A program made the position numbers and the translations under genes. The notes beneath the pieces were generated by a model that saw only the letters and a program-made list of their open reading frames with translations, did not search any database and was not told where the DNA came from. 54,525 nt of DNA, taken from the IMG/VR virus record IMGVR_UViG_3300009181_001959, positions 1-54,525 of that record; one strand, written 5' to 3'. Position 1 is the first letter of the stretch. Each line of letters opens with the position of its first letter. Of this stretch, positions 1-10,516 are shown in pieces. The DNA comes from a virus. Its lineage: Duplodnaviria; Caudoviricetes.

Positions 1-248
1 ATGACAATCAAATTGCAGACGTTTGGCTATTGTTTAAAGAGTACATTGACAAAAAAGAAGTTGCCGCAATAGCGGAAAAATATGTTGATCTACTTGCAGA
101 CTATGGCGTTAAAGACAAAGTATTAGAAGGTGCTCGTGGTGTGGATGCCGATTTGGATCATGCTATTGAGTATTACCTTGAAAATGACGAAGAAGAAATT
201 GTTGAAGAATACGAAGACATAGACGACGAAGAAGAAGAAGATTATTAA
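1..248 (+). CDS. 5'-truncated acidic hypothetical protein upstream of uvsY
   Basis: Frame of ORF 30..248 stays open to the left edge (DNQIADVWLLFKE...); acidic tail; TAATG coupling to the next gene. Confidence 0.75.
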   Translation, partial: DNQIADVWLLFKEYIDKKEVAAIAEKYVDLLADYGVKDKVLEGARGVDADLDHAIEYYLENDEEEIVEEYEDIDDEEEEDY

Positions 249-700
249 TGTGGTATAACAAGATTAGTAAGGATATAAGTCATATTCCTGACGCTGTGCT
301 ACACTACGAAGCCGAGCTACAGGCAGCAAAAAGCGATGTCCGTATAACGGGAAATATTGAAAAGGCAGCTGCCAATATGCCTGGTGTTGTGGAACATAGA
401 TTTAATCAACTTCAAGAGATTGAAGCTATTCTTGAATATTTAAACATTGAATTACGACGTCTTCGTAGTCAACACTTTCGTAAGTACTTGGAAAATTACC
501 AGAGAGCTCTTACCAGCCGCGATGTTGAAAAATACGTGGATGGTGAGAGCGATGTGGTTGATTTTGAAAAAATTATCAATGAATTTGCACTACTACGAAA
601 CAAGTGGCTGGGCATTACCAAAGCATTAGATATTAAACAATGGCAGTTAAGTAACGTAATTAAACTACGTACTGCTGGCATGGAAGATGCTTCTTTATAA
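248..700 (+). CDS. uvsY: Recombination mediator UvsY-like protein
   Basis: 150 aa helical protein; KYLENYQRALTSRDVEKYVDGE and C-terminal KALDIKQWQLSNVIKLRTAG resemble T4-type UvsY; uvsW nearby. Confidence 0.8.
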   Translation: MWYNKISKDISHIPDAVLHYEAELQAAKSDVRITGNIEKAAANMPGVVEHRFNQLQEIEAILEYLNIELRRLRSQHFRKYLENYQRALTSRDVEKYVDGESDVVDFEKIINEFALLRNKWLGITKALDIKQWQLSNVIKLRTAGMEDASL

Positions 701-1143
701 TGAACAATGAAGAACTGCTTGATCTTGCTAAAAAATTAACACCCCTCATTGCTTTTGAATTAACTAAAACACCAGTAATGTACGGGAATTACGGAAAAGT
801 TGAATGCGAGTCAAACGTAAAATTATCCAATACATTTTTTAATTTAAATTCTGGATCAGTATCAATTGGTGAATTTACTTTTTTTGGAAACAATGTTACA
901 GTAATAACTGGGTCGCATGATATTAGTAAAACTAAAAAAGAAAGATGGGCGTTTCCTAGAAAAGGTAACGATATTGTTATAGGGAAAGGCGTTTGGATTG
1001 CAAGTAATGCAATTATTCTAGGACCATGTACTATTGGCGATAATGCTGTAATTGCTTCAGGTTCTGTAGTGTTATCTGGAACTTATGAATCAAATACTTT
1101 GTATGCAGGCGTTCCAGCAAAATACAAAAGAAAAATAATTTAG
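700..1143 (+). CDS. Hexapeptide-repeat (left-handed beta-helix) sugar O-acetyltransferase
   Basis: IVIGKGVWIASNAIILGPCTIGDNAVIASGSVV and YAGVPAK motifs. Confidence 0.85.
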   Translation: MNNEELLDLAKKLTPLIAFELTKTPVMYGNYGKVECESNVKLSNTFFNLNSGSVSIGEFTFFGNNVTVITGSHDISKTKKERWAFPRKGNDIVIGKGVWIASNAIILGPCTIGDNAVIASGSVVLSGTYESNTLYAGVPAKYKRKII

Positions 1144-1159
1144 TAGAGTAATCTACGTA

Positions 1160-1167
1160 TATAAATA
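1160..1167 (+). promoter_or_regulatory. T4-type late promoter TATAAATA
   Basis: Exact TATAAATA 5 nt before the ATG at 1173. Confidence 0.65.
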
Positions 1168-1172
1168 TCACT

Positions 1173-1928
1173 ATGAAAATAGTGATTGTTACAGGTGGGT
1201 TTGACCCCATACACTCTGGGCACATTGCCCTACTCAAAGAAGCTAAAAATTTAGGCCATGCTCTTGCAGTTGGCTTAAACTCTGACGAATGGCTGCGTCG
1301 AAAGAAAGGTCACGAGTTTATGCCGTGGTCTGAACGTTCTGCTATTATTGAAAATTTAAAAATGGTAGACATCGTATTTTCTTTTGATGACAGCGATGGA
1401 TCAGCCATTGATGCTATTAAACGTGTTAAAGAAGTTTATCCAGATGATGAATTAATCTTTGCCAACGGCGGCGATAGAACAAAAGACAACATACCAGAAA
1501 TGATTTTTGAAGATGTTGAATTTGTTTTTGGCGTTGGTGGTGAAGACAAAAAAAACTCAAGCAGTTGGATCCTTGAAGAATGGAAAAGTCCAAAAACCAC
1601 TAGACCATGGGGCTATTATAAAGTATTACATCAAGTAGGCGCAGAAGTAAAACTCAAAGAGTTAACTGTTGAACCAGGTAAAAGTCTAAGTATGCAAAAG
1701 CATAAACAGCGTTCAGAGTTTTGGTTTGTTAGTGAAGGTGAAGCAACTGTCTATACACTTAATAGAAAGACAGATTCTGAATTAGTTGGCAAATTTACAC
1801 AATTTGACCACACATGGATTGCCAATAACGAGTGGCATCAGTTAGTCAATGAAACATTGGAACCATTACGTATCATAGAAATACAATATGGATCAAACTG
1901 CTCTGAAGAGGACATAGAAAGAAAATGA
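1173..1928 (+). CDS. Cytidylyltransferase (HIGH family) fused to a mannose-6-phosphate-isomerase-type cupin
   Basis: TGGFDPIHSGH, GLNSD, FANGGDR; C-terminal RPWGYY...SLSMQKHKQRSEFW...IEIQYG..EEDIER. Confidence 0.85.
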   Translation: MKIVIVTGGFDPIHSGHIALLKEAKNLGHALAVGLNSDEWLRRKKGHEFMPWSERSAIIENLKMVDIVFSFDDSDGSAIDAIKRVKEVYPDDELIFANGGDRTKDNIPEMIFEDVEFVFGVGGEDKKNSSSWILEEWKSPKTTRPWGYYKVLHQVGAEVKLKELTVEPGKSLSMQKHKQRSEFWFVSEGEATVYTLNRKTDSELVGKFTQFDHTWIANNEWHQLVNETLEPLRIIEIQYGSNCSEEDIERK

Positions 1929-3577
1929 AAGTATTTGTAGGCTACGATGATCGAGAAGATATTGCATACAAGGTATGCGAATATTCTGTTAAACGTAATA
2001 ATAAAAAAGCACAAGTGTTTCCTTTAAAGCAGGAAGAACTTAAAGAGGCTAACCTATACTGGCGAGAAAAAGATCCGCTGAGTTCAACAGCATTTACATT
2101 TACACGCTTCCTAGTACCAGCACTAATGAACTATGAAGGCTGGGCAATATTTTGTGATTGTGACATCATATGGATGCTTGATCCGGCTGAAATTATGAAG
2201 TATGCTGATGAAAAATATGCAGTAATGGTTGTTAAACATGACTACACTCCACCTGAAGGTTTAAAGATGGACGGACAAAAACAGTTGCCGTATCCAAGAA
2301 AAAACTGGAGCTCAGTAATACTATGGAACTGTGGACACCCATCAAATAAAAAAGTTACGCCCGACCTAGTTAACACAGAAACTGGTCAATACCTACATAG
2401 ATTCAATTGGCTTAAAAACGAAGAGATTGGTGAGTTAACACACCATTGGAATTGGTTAGTTAATCACTATCATGAACCAAAAGACGGAACACCACATGTT
2501 ATACACTACACTGAAGGTGGGCCTTGGTTTGACAATTATAAGCATTGTGAGTACGGTTATCATTGGGAAATGATACGTAACGAGATGGTAATAGCAAATA
2601 CATCTCCACCGCCTCCTCACAAGTATGCAAACTTGCCAGAAGAGATTAATAATATTATTGATAAAATGGTTGAGTACCGTATGGACTCAAATAATGAATA
2701 TTATAAAACTACAAGAGATGACTTAATTAAAGAAATTGATACAAACTTATCACCTAAACGTGTATATGCTGTTGACAGTGAATTTAGATACGCTAGGAAA
2801 GGAAATGTGTACGACCCTATGTTAGAAAACTTTATGATTGGTTCAGGTGGCCAAATAACAACCTGGGATATGATTGAGGGCAATAACTCGCCAGTGGTCA
2901 TTAGAGGCATTGCAAAACGTAAGCAAATACATACTTGTTGGGAAACCAAGAGAGATTTTTACTATATAGATACTGGTTACTTTGGTAATGGCAAACGTAA
3001 ACTATATCATCGAATAACAAAAAATCATTTACAAAACATCTATCCAATTATTAATCGTCCACGAGATAGATTAATGGCAACTGGGTATCAGCCACATAAA
3101 TTTAGTCGAGGATCAAATATATTGATCTGTCCACCGTCAGCAAAAGTAATGAAATTTTATGATCTTGATTTGGATCAGTGGATGGAAGAAACATTGCTAG
3201 AACTTAAAAAACACACTGATAGAAACATTGTTATACGATTAAAACAAAGCAGAGAAGTGCGTATGCACACTGACACATTAGAAGATGCATTGTCAAAAGA
3301 TGTGCATTGTTTGATTACATTTAACAGTATTGCGGCAACGGAAGCGTTGTTATTGGGCAAACCAGCAATTACTTTAGGACCCAATGCCGCACACTTTTTA
3401 TGTAAACATTCTTTAGCTGATGTAGAAGATCTATATACCCCAACGCTTGATGAAGTTGAAGAGTGGGCCGCTAACTTGGCATATAGTCAATTTACTGAAT
3501 TAGAGATGCGCAACGGGTACGCATGGTCAATATTAAATGAAAATAGCAATTTACCTAACAGCGATTCCAAAGAATAA
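1925..3577 (+). CDS. GT-A glycosyltransferase (GT8-like) fused to a capsule-synthesis (KpsS/KpsC-like) domain
   Basis: VFVGYD, FTFTRFLVP, DCD, YPRKNWSS, HYTEGGPW; C-terminal IDTGYF, ITFNSIAATEALLLGKP, LAYSQFT. Confidence 0.75.
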   Translation: MKVFVGYDDREDIAYKVCEYSVKRNNKKAQVFPLKQEELKEANLYWREKDPLSSTAFTFTRFLVPALMNYEGWAIFCDCDIIWMLDPAEIMKYADEKYAVMVVKHDYTPPEGLKMDGQKQLPYPRKNWSSVILWNCGHPSNKKVTPDLVNTETGQYLHRFNWLKNEEIGELTHHWNWLVNHYHEPKDGTPHVIHYTEGGPWFDNYKHCEYGYHWEMIRNEMVIANTSPPPPHKYANLPEEINNIIDKMVEYRMDSNNEYYKTTRDDLIKEIDTNLSPKRVYAVDSEFRYARKGNVYDPMLENFMIGSGGQITTWDMIEGNNSPVVIRGIAKRKQIHTCWETKRDFYYIDTGYFGNGKRKLYHRITKNHLQNIYPIINRPRDRLMATGYQPHKFSRGSNILICPPSAKVMKFYDLDLDQWMEETLLELKKHTDRNIVIRLKQSREVRMHTDTLEDALSKDVHCLITFNSIAATEALLLGKPAITLGPNAAHFLCKHSLADVEDLYTPTLDEVEEWAANLAYSQFTELEMRNGYAWSILNENSNLPNSDSKE

Positions 3578-4451
3578 AAGTGAAACTAAGTTAGCTGTTC
3601 TTAAAAGATTTGGTGAAGGTATTTTAAAATCATCAGATCAAGTAGAATTTGTTAATGGGTTTAACTTAGTTGACTGCAATGTTGCGGTTATGCAAGGGTT
3701 TGTGCATAGTGATACAACACCCCCACACTTACAATTACGTAGGCGCATACTTGATAATCATGAAAATGTAATAGTTATTGACAGTAATTTATTTCAATTT
3801 GCCAGCCCAAGTTTAGCAAACTACTACTTGCGATACAGTCTTAATGGCATATTTCCAACAACTGGATTCTATTTTGACAATAAGATAGACACTACAAGAT
3901 GGGAATCTATTAGTGATACACTAAACATTAAATTAAAAGATTATAGAACAACTGGTGAACATATCCTAGTGTGCTTACAGCGTGTAGACGGTTGGAGTAT
4001 GTGCGGAACTAATGTTCAAGAATGGTTAGACAATACAATAAAAGAAATAAGAAAAAACACCAACAGACCAATAGTAGTTAGAAAGCATCCTGGAGATAGG
4101 CGTCAAGAGCATTTGAAATTTTCAAATGAGTACAGGGTTAGTTCAAACCCAAATTTGATTGACGACTTACAAAATTGTTGGGCAACTGTTACATACAACA
4201 GCAGTCCAGGAATCGCTAGTTTAATTCACGGAGTCCCAGTATTTGTGACTGACGCTATGCCTAGACAAAGTCAAACATGGCCAGTATGTAATACAGATTT
4301 AAAAAATATAGCAAATCCAATCATGCATGATAGGACTGAATGGATCAATAAAGTTAGCCAAAGCCACTGGAATGATGACGAGGTTTCAAATGGATCTGCT
4401 TGGAGATTTATTAGAGAACGCCTTTGTATTTTAACACCCAATCTTTATTAA
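3537..4451 (+). CDS. Capsule-synthesis-like (GT-B) protein
   Basis: RPIVVRKHP, VTYNSSPGIASLIHGVPVF; paralogous to the C-terminal half of 1925..3577 and to 5908..6771. Confidence 0.6.
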   Translation: MKIAIYLTAIPKNKSETKLAVLKRFGEGILKSSDQVEFVNGFNLVDCNVAVMQGFVHSDTTPPHLQLRRRILDNHENVIVIDSNLFQFASPSLANYYLRYSLNGIFPTTGFYFDNKIDTTRWESISDTLNIKLKDYRTTGEHILVCLQRVDGWSMCGTNVQEWLDNTIKEIRKNTNRPIVVRKHPGDRRQEHLKFSNEYRVSSNPNLIDDLQNCWATVTYNSSPGIASLIHGVPVFVTDAMPRQSQTWPVCNTDLKNIANPIMHDRTEWINKVSQSHWNDDEVSNGSAWRFIRERLCILTPNLY

Positions 4452-5073
4452 ACTGTTCCACTACTTGGTAACCCCAGCCTTCTAATATTTTAATTGCTGG
4501 AGTTTCGTTCATATCATTTTGATACTCGTGTTTTTGTTGCTCAATTACTAGCACTGGTTTATTTTGTTCAATAGTTTTCATAGCACCGGCAAGTATCTCA
4601 CCTTCAAACCCTTCAACATCGATCTTAATCATGTCTACGTTTGTTAGATTAAAACTATCTAAAGTTTTTAAAGGAATGGTTCCTTTACCCATTGATGTTT
4701 GATCAATATGAGTGTGACCAGTGTTTCCCTGTACAATATTCATTTCTATAAAACTTTCAGTGCGCCCCAAAGCCATTTGATGAATAGTGTAATTAGTTTT
4801 AGAAACATTTTTCTTAAAACATTCAATAAACTCTGCTACAGGTTCAAACGCTATAATATGGTCAAATGACTTGACAAGATCACATGACCATAAACCTACG
4901 TTTGCTCCTATGTCAATGCATATTCTTTTTTGAATACACGCATCAACAGCCGCATCTCTTGCCCGCCATTGATATCTAGCAACGCCATCCTTTAATATAC
5001 TTTTATCAAGCATCCTTGGAAAGTGATCGTCATAGTCTGGAAACCAAAAATTATATGATTGTTTCATTGCCAA
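4411..5073 (-). CDS. FkbM-family SAM methyltransferase
   Basis: IDIGANVG, AFEP, KIDVEGFE motifs. Confidence 0.9.
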   Translation of the reverse strand: MAMKQSYNFWFPDYDDHFPRMLDKSILKDGVARYQWRARDAAVDACIQKRICIDIGANVGLWSCDLVKSFDHIIAFEPVAEFIECFKKNVSKTNYTIHQMALGRTESFIEMNIVQGNTGHTHIDQTSMGKGTIPLKTLDSFNLTNVDMIKIDVEGFEGEILAGAMKTIEQNKPVLVIEQQKHEYQNDMNETPAIKILEGWGYQVVEQFNKDWVLKYKGVL

Positions 5074-5861
5074 TAACTCTCTTCTCTTTTTATTTTTAAA
5101 TCAGATGCAAGGCTTTTACCGTAATCTTTTCTTTTGCCTTTAAGATGATCTAAGTATTTTCCTAAATCAGTATTAATAAAAGGATGCCCCTCACCAGTAA
5201 TTAAATTAGAACTCCAATCAAGTTCATTTAGTTGCATGGGTTTTCTTACTGCATCAAATACATAACTATCATGCCATTCATCTAAAGTAAAGATACCATT
5301 ATCAGCATCATCATAAACTTCTTGAAACCGTTTTAAAAAATTCTGTGTGTTTTTAGATTTTAAATTTAGCGAATAAAATCCACATTCGCTAAATTTATCT
5401 TTACGTCCAAGAAAACAAACATCCTTATCTTCTGGAATAAACGTATCTAAAAACTCTATAGGCATTGCACTATGACAAATTGTATCAGCATCCATCCATA
5501 TTAGTACATCGGCATCAGTTCTTTTTGCGGCTGCGAATATAGCATACACTTTATGACTAAACCTAATTGCGTCCCATTTAAAACCTTTGCCTGCATCACG
5601 GCGTTTTGATCTAACGGGATCATTAGTAACATCACCGTTGGCTTTGGGCACATTAGCCCATTTGGTTTTAAATGCAACTAGTTCAGAACTTTCCTTTACT
5701 AAATCAAACCACTCTACATTATTAGTTGGTTCAGGAGTACAATCTTCGGCATAGGCCATAAGTTGTATAGGCATGTTAATAGCAAAACTATTAATGAATC
5801 GCCTAGCGTAAGCATCTAAACCGTTTTGATTAAATGTTGTGACTGCTGTAAATTTTCTCAA
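5064..5861 (-). CDS. Putative GT-A glycosyltransferase
   Basis: RFSHKVYAI, WMDAD (DxD), EWHDSYVFD, DHLKG; TTG start with GAGG RBS. Confidence 0.65.
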   Translation of the reverse strand: MRKFTAVTTFNQNGLDAYARRFINSFAINMPIQLMAYAEDCTPEPTNNVEWFDLVKESSELVAFKTKWANVPKANGDVTNDPVRSKRRDAGKGFKWDAIRFSHKVYAIFAAAKRTDADVLIWMDADTICHSAMPIEFLDTFIPEDKDVCFLGRKDKFSECGFYSLNLKSKNTQNFLKRFQEVYDDADNGIFTLDEWHDSYVFDAVRKPMQLNELDWSSNLITGEGHPFINTDLGKYLDHLKGKRKDYGKSLASDLKIKREESYWQ

Positions 5862-5907
5862 GGCTTACCTCTGTACAGTTAAATATGTAGTTATTTATGG
5901 ACGACAA

Positions 5908-6771
5908 ATGATCTTTGGTTTATTTAAACAGCACGGTGCATTAAACTCTGTCCCAGTATTTTCAGCATTTGAACAAGGTGTACAGCATCTAGGACACACT
6001 GCTCATGACAATGATTTAAATGCCGATGTGGCTGTTATATGGAGTGTGCTTTGGTACGGAAGAATGTCTAAAAATAAAGCAGTATGGGATCATTTTACAA
6101 AACAAAGCAAGCCCATAATAGTATTAGAAGTTGGCGCATTAAAGAGAAATGTCACATGGAAAGTGGCTGTTGGTGGTATTAACAATGAGGCATACTTTGG
6201 ACACGCTACTAATAACGATAACGCTCGCCTAACAGCATTGGGTATTAATATACAGGACTGGAAAGATACAAAAGAAGATAACAGCATTATAATTTGTGGT
6301 CAACATCAAGCTAGTCATCAATGGAGAAATATGCCACCAGTTAGTGATTGGATTTCAAATACTATACAGGAAATAAGACAGTATACTGATAGACCTATAA
6401 AAGTTAGGAGTCATCCTCGCTACCCGTTTAATTTTAATAACAAAGAGTCAAACGTAGTAGAATCAATGCCTAAAAGAATTGACATAGTACAGGACTTTTA
6501 TGATTTTGGCACTGAACTTTCAACAGCCCACTGTGTAGTCAATTGGAGTTCTAACCCGGCCATTGAAGCAGTGCTGGACGGTGTACCAGTATTTACAGGG
6601 CCTGATAGTTTGGCACATGCTGTGGCAAACTATTCGTTTGATACAATTGAAACACCACTCAAACCCAACAGACAGCAATGGGCAAACGACCTCGCATATA
6701 CCGAATGGACAGTGGATGAAATTGCCAAGAGTACTCCACTTAATCGCATATTAAATAAAATAAACACTTGA
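5908..6771 (+). CDS. Capsule-synthesis-like (GT-B) protein
   Basis: Likely start MIFGLF at 5908; RPIKVRSHP, VNWSSNPAIEAVLDGVPVF, LAYTEW. Confidence 0.6.
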   Translation: MIFGLFKQHGALNSVPVFSAFEQGVQHLGHTAHDNDLNADVAVIWSVLWYGRMSKNKAVWDHFTKQSKPIIVLEVGALKRNVTWKVAVGGINNEAYFGHATNNDNARLTALGINIQDWKDTKEDNSIIICGQHQASHQWRNMPPVSDWISNTIQEIRQYTDRPIKVRSHPRYPFNFNNKESNVVESMPKRIDIVQDFYDFGTELSTAHCVVNWSSNPAIEAVLDGVPVFTGPDSLAHAVANYSFDTIETPLKPNRQQWANDLAYTEWTVDEIAKSTPLNRILNKINT

Positions 6772-6796
6772 CATTTAGTGTCAGATAGTATAAAAT
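6768..6796 (+). promoter_or_regulatory. Sigma70-type promoter; the stop codon of the upstream gene lies in its -35 box
   Basis: TTGACA(6768-73)-17 nt-TAAAAT(6791-96); ATG 6 nt downstream. Confidence 0.7.
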
Positions 6797-6802
6797 TGTA
6801 TC

Positions 6803-7993
6803 ATGCTGACAATAGATAATATCCTACTAACTATCGAACAACACGGTATTGATAAACTAAATTCATCAGTGCCAGTTAAAGATCGCAGAATTTTAAAGAA
6901 TTTGGTGCGCATGATTCAAATGCCTGCCTTTATTACAGAGTCTCAAGGAAGATTACTAATAAAAATTTTACAAGAAAATATGGAAGCACTGGACTTTATA
7001 GGTAGTGAACTTATACCCAGTCTTAAAAATCCCAGCTGGTCTAGAAGTTTTAAAACTGTAGAGATTGTTAAACAAATATCAATAATTAAAAATTCAGCTG
7101 GAGAGTCTTTTATAGATATTGAATGTTCGTTTAATAAGGAGATAAAAAAATCCTTAACAACTATTACTAGAAATATTGAAGGATCAGCGTCTACTGTTAC
7201 TTTAGGTAGGCGTACGAGTTTTTTACTCACTGAAAAGAATTTGTATAACATAGTAAAAGAATTTGATAAACACAACTTTGACAAGTCTGAACAAGTAATA
7301 AAATTATACAACGACGTCTGCAGTTTAGATTTATCAGGAACAAAGAACTCACTTGACATTCATAAAACAACAAATGTTAAATTAAAAAATAGATTAATTA
7401 AAAATATTGGAGTCATTGATTCAACCAATATGCTATTATTAGAAGACAGAAAAATTGAATTTCAATATAATGTTAACAGTAATTTAGACGATAGCACACT
7501 GGCAAACAAAATAGCAAAACGAACAAACACTAAAATTTTTATTAACTCATCTGAGTATACACTACTTGATGTTGCACAAGCAATTAGACAATTAAGAAAA
7601 ATGCCAGCACTATGTATTTTTGACGAGTATGATGCCGGTGCGTCAGTTAAAAATTTAAAAATAGTAAAAACAGTTGTTGATGCAGTTGATCCAACAATAA
7701 ACGTAGGTGTATATTTTAGATTCAATAATGCTGGCGACGGCGAGCAATTTAATAAACTAATCAGTGAATACAGTTTCAATAAACAATTGGACAACAATAA
7801 TAGAGTGTCAGTTATAGCAAATGGAAAAATACCTAAATTCTTTTTAAAGTCTGATTGGTATCCTAAAACAGTGATTAGTTTTTCAAATCAATTTAGAAAT
7901 AATAAAACAAGTGTGTATTGCAATAGTTGCGATTTGATAGTATACTATACTAGTTCAAAACCAATGATAGGAACCGTAGATGTCATCGTGTAA
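6803..7993 (+). CDS. Hypothetical protein upstream of uvsW
   Basis: 396 aa ORF with its own promoter, overlapping the uvsW start; no motif recognised. Confidence 0.75.
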   Translation: MLTIDNILLTIEQHGIDKLNSSVPVKDRRILKNLVRMIQMPAFITESQGRLLIKILQENMEALDFIGSELIPSLKNPSWSRSFKTVEIVKQISIIKNSAGESFIDIECSFNKEIKKSLTTITRNIEGSASTVTLGRRTSFLLTEKNLYNIVKEFDKHNFDKSEQVIKLYNDVCSLDLSGTKNSLDIHKTTNVKLKNRLIKNIGVIDSTNMLLLEDRKIEFQYNVNSNLDDSTLANKIAKRTNTKIFINSSEYTLLDVAQAIRQLRKMPALCIFDEYDAGASVKNLKIVKTVVDAVDPTINVGVYFRFNNAGDGEQFNKLISEYSFNKQLDNNNRVSVIANGKIPKFFLKSDWYPKTVISFSNQFRNNKTSVYCNSCDLIVYYTSSKPMIGTVDVIV

Positions 7994-9449
7994 GTTAATT
8001 ATTAAAGACGAAGTTAACATCAAGCTAGAAGGTCTTGAGCTTGAGGCACGACGTAAACTGGCAAATACATTCAAATATGAAATACCCCATGCAAGGTACC
8101 ACCCAGCATTCAAGTTGGGACGTTGGGATGGCATGACCAGTTTGTTTGGTATTGGGGGCAATGGATACCTAAATCAACTAGAAAAGATTATTGAAATACT
8201 CACTAACATGGGTATTGAGATCGCTGACGTAGAAGATTTAAGACAACCTGTTAAATTAACATTTGATGAAGTAACTGAAACATATTGGGCTGATCAAGGT
8301 AAAGTATGGCCCAAAGGTCATCAACAAGAAGGTCAACCAATTATGTTGCGTGACTATCAAGTTGACGCTGTTAATATATTTTTAAAGAATCCTCAAGCGT
8401 TACAAGAGATTGCTACTGGTGCTGGTAAAACAATTACCACTGCAACACTGAGTCAACTGTGCGAACAATATGGTCGTACTATTACTATTGTGCCCAACAA
8501 AAGTCTAGTTGAACAAACAGAAGAAGATTTTATTAATGTTGGCTTAGACGTTGGTGTTTACTACGGTGATCGTAAAGATTTAAATAAAACTCACACTATA
8601 TGTACATGGCAAAGTTTAAACATACTTGAAAAGAAAAGTAAGAATCACGAGCATGATATTTTAACACTTGCAGAGTTTTTAGATGGTGTACGCACAGTTA
8701 TAGTTGACGAAGTACACATGGCTAAAGCTGAAGTGTTAAAGAACTTGCTAACTAAAAATCTCAGCAATGCATGTATTCGTTGGGGGCTTACTGGTACTGT
8801 ACCTAAAGAAGCATTTGAAAGTGAAAGCATTTTTGCAAGCATTGGACCGGTAGTGGGCGGTATTAAAGCACATGAACTACAGGAAAAGGGTGTACTAAGT
8901 AACTGTCACGTTAACGTTGTACAGATGATTGACTTACCTGAGTTTAGAGATTATCAATCAGAATTAAAATATCTTGTTACTAATGATGAACGTATGGCTT
9001 ATATTAGTAACTTGATTAAACAGATATCCAACAGTGGCAATACTCTTGTATTAGTAAACAGAATTGATTCTGGAAAATTCTTAATTAATGAATTACCAGA
9101 TGCAGTATTTGTCAGTGGTGAGGTAAAGACCAAAGATAGAAAAGACGAATATGATGAAATTAAAACAAGCACTAACAAGATTATTGTGGCGACTTACGGT
9201 GTGGCCGCTGTTGGTATTAATATCCCAAGGATTTTTAATCTGGTTCTTCTTGAGCCCGGAAAGAGCTTTGTCAGGGTTATACAAAGTATTGGGCGAGGCA
9301 TTAGACGAGCAGAGGACAAAGACTTTGTCCAAATATGGGACGTTACCAGTACGTGTAAGTTTGCCAAACGGCACCTTACAGCAAGGAAGAAATTTTACAA
9401 GGAAGCCAAATATCCATTTACATTAGATAAAGTGGATTGGCAAAAATAA
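7980..9449 (+). CDS. uvsW: UvsW-like SF2 DNA helicase
   Basis: LRDYQ (Q motif), ATGAGKT, DEVH, GLTGT, QSIGRGIR; N-terminal RWDG typical of UvsW. Confidence 0.88.
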   Translation: MSSCKLIIKDEVNIKLEGLELEARRKLANTFKYEIPHARYHPAFKLGRWDGMTSLFGIGGNGYLNQLEKIIEILTNMGIEIADVEDLRQPVKLTFDEVTETYWADQGKVWPKGHQQEGQPIMLRDYQVDAVNIFLKNPQALQEIATGAGKTITTATLSQLCEQYGRTITIVPNKSLVEQTEEDFINVGLDVGVYYGDRKDLNKTHTICTWQSLNILEKKSKNHEHDILTLAEFLDGVRTVIVDEVHMAKAEVLKNLLTKNLSNACIRWGLTGTVPKEAFESESIFASIGPVVGGIKAHELQEKGVLSNCHVNVVQMIDLPEFRDYQSELKYLVTNDERMAYISNLIKQISNSGNTLVLVNRIDSGKFLINELPDAVFVSGEVKTKDRKDEYDEIKTSTNKIIVATYGVAAVGINIPRIFNLVLLEPGKSFVRVIQSIGRGIRRAEDKDFVQIWDVTSTCKFAKRHLTARKKFYKEAKYPFTLDKVDWQK

Positions 9450-9455
9450 GGAATT

Positions 9456-9962
9456 ATGCAGATATTAACATTAGAAAACAAACTTTTTTCATTAAATAAT
9501 TTACCTGATGAGGTAGATGAGAATACAAGATTCGCAGTTTTAGATAACAGTGATCCAAAAGAACCAGACTTCTTTTTTATGCCTCTAATATTTTTAGAGT
9601 CGTTCAATAGTCCAGCAATGGTTCTTAGAATTGGTAATCAAGAAATTGCCATGCCCATTGATTGGAGCATAGCAGTAGGAGATGCATCAAGTGGATGCGA
9701 TGTGGAAATATTACCATTGACCAGTTTAAATGATCGGGGGTTTGATGCATTAATCTTTAATCCATTGAGTAGTTTTAGAGTAGAGTTTAGAAAGATTGAA
9801 ATTGTAAACTTTTATAACGATGTCAAATGGTACTTTCCTAAAATGAAAAATAATCAACTATTAGCAACTCCGCTAAGTACTGATCACAAACCAGAATGTG
9901 CTTACTTTGTCAAAGAGATAAGTAGACAAAGTGAAATAATCGACGTTAGTAAGATTTTATAG
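9456..9962 (+). CDS. Conserved-looking phage hypothetical protein
   Basis: 168 aa ORF, AAGGA RBS. Confidence 0.7.
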   Translation: MQILTLENKLFSLNNLPDEVDENTRFAVLDNSDPKEPDFFFMPLIFLESFNSPAMVLRIGNQEIAMPIDWSIAVGDASSGCDVEILPLTSLNDRGFDALIFNPLSSFRVEFRKIEIVNFYNDVKWYFPKMKNNQLLATPLSTDHKPECAYFVKEISRQSEIIDVSKIL

Positions 9963-9971
9963 GATAGTAGT

Positions 9972-10175
9972 ATGGCAGATATAATTGATGATGCTCAAGA
10001 ATTTGAAGAGCGTAGAATAGCAGAGGCTTTGGCCAAAAGAATGAAAGTTCCAGAAAAAACTGGACTTTGTTTGGCCTGTGACGAACCAATCACACAGGGT
10101 GTATTTTGTGATTCAGATTGCAGAGAGTTTCATGAAAGAGCTGATCGCATTAGAGCAATAAGGGGACAAAAATGA
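9972..10175 (+). CDS. TraR/DksA-like C4 zinc-finger protein
   Basis: N-terminal ADIIDDAQ (DxxDxA) helix followed by CLAC...CDSDC. Confidence 0.65.
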   Translation: MADIIDDAQEFEERRIAEALAKRMKVPEKTGLCLACDEPITQGVFCDSDCREFHERADRIRAIRGQK

Positions 10176-10516
10176 AAGCAGGTAAAGTGTGGGGAGTAAC
10201 TGAACTCCTTGAAGCAAACGGTGTGCTGGAGTTTCATCGTATTGAAGCCCAAGCAGGCGGAACGTGTAGTAAACACACGCACAAATATAAATGGAATGGC
10301 TTCTTTGTTGAGAAGGGCAAAATGATTATTCGTGTTTGGAAGAACAATTATGATCTAGTGGACGAAACTGTATTGACTGCTGGGCAGTATACAAAGGTAG
10401 CTCCTGGAGAATATCATCAGTTTGAAGCCATTGAAGATTGTGTTGCATTTGAATTGTACTGGGCAGAGTTTGACCACAACGATATTGAAAGGGAAACAGT
10501 AGGGTTTGCTAAATGA
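10172..10516 (+). CDS. Cupin-fold protein (sugar isomerase-like)
   Basis: KVWG, CSKHTHKYK, PGEYHQF. Confidence 0.75.
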   Translation: MKAGKVWGVTELLEANGVLEFHRIEAQAGGTCSKHTHKYKWNGFFVEKGKMIIRVWKNNYDLVDETVLTAGQYTKVAPGEYHQFEAIEDCVAFELYWAEFDHNDIERETVGFAK

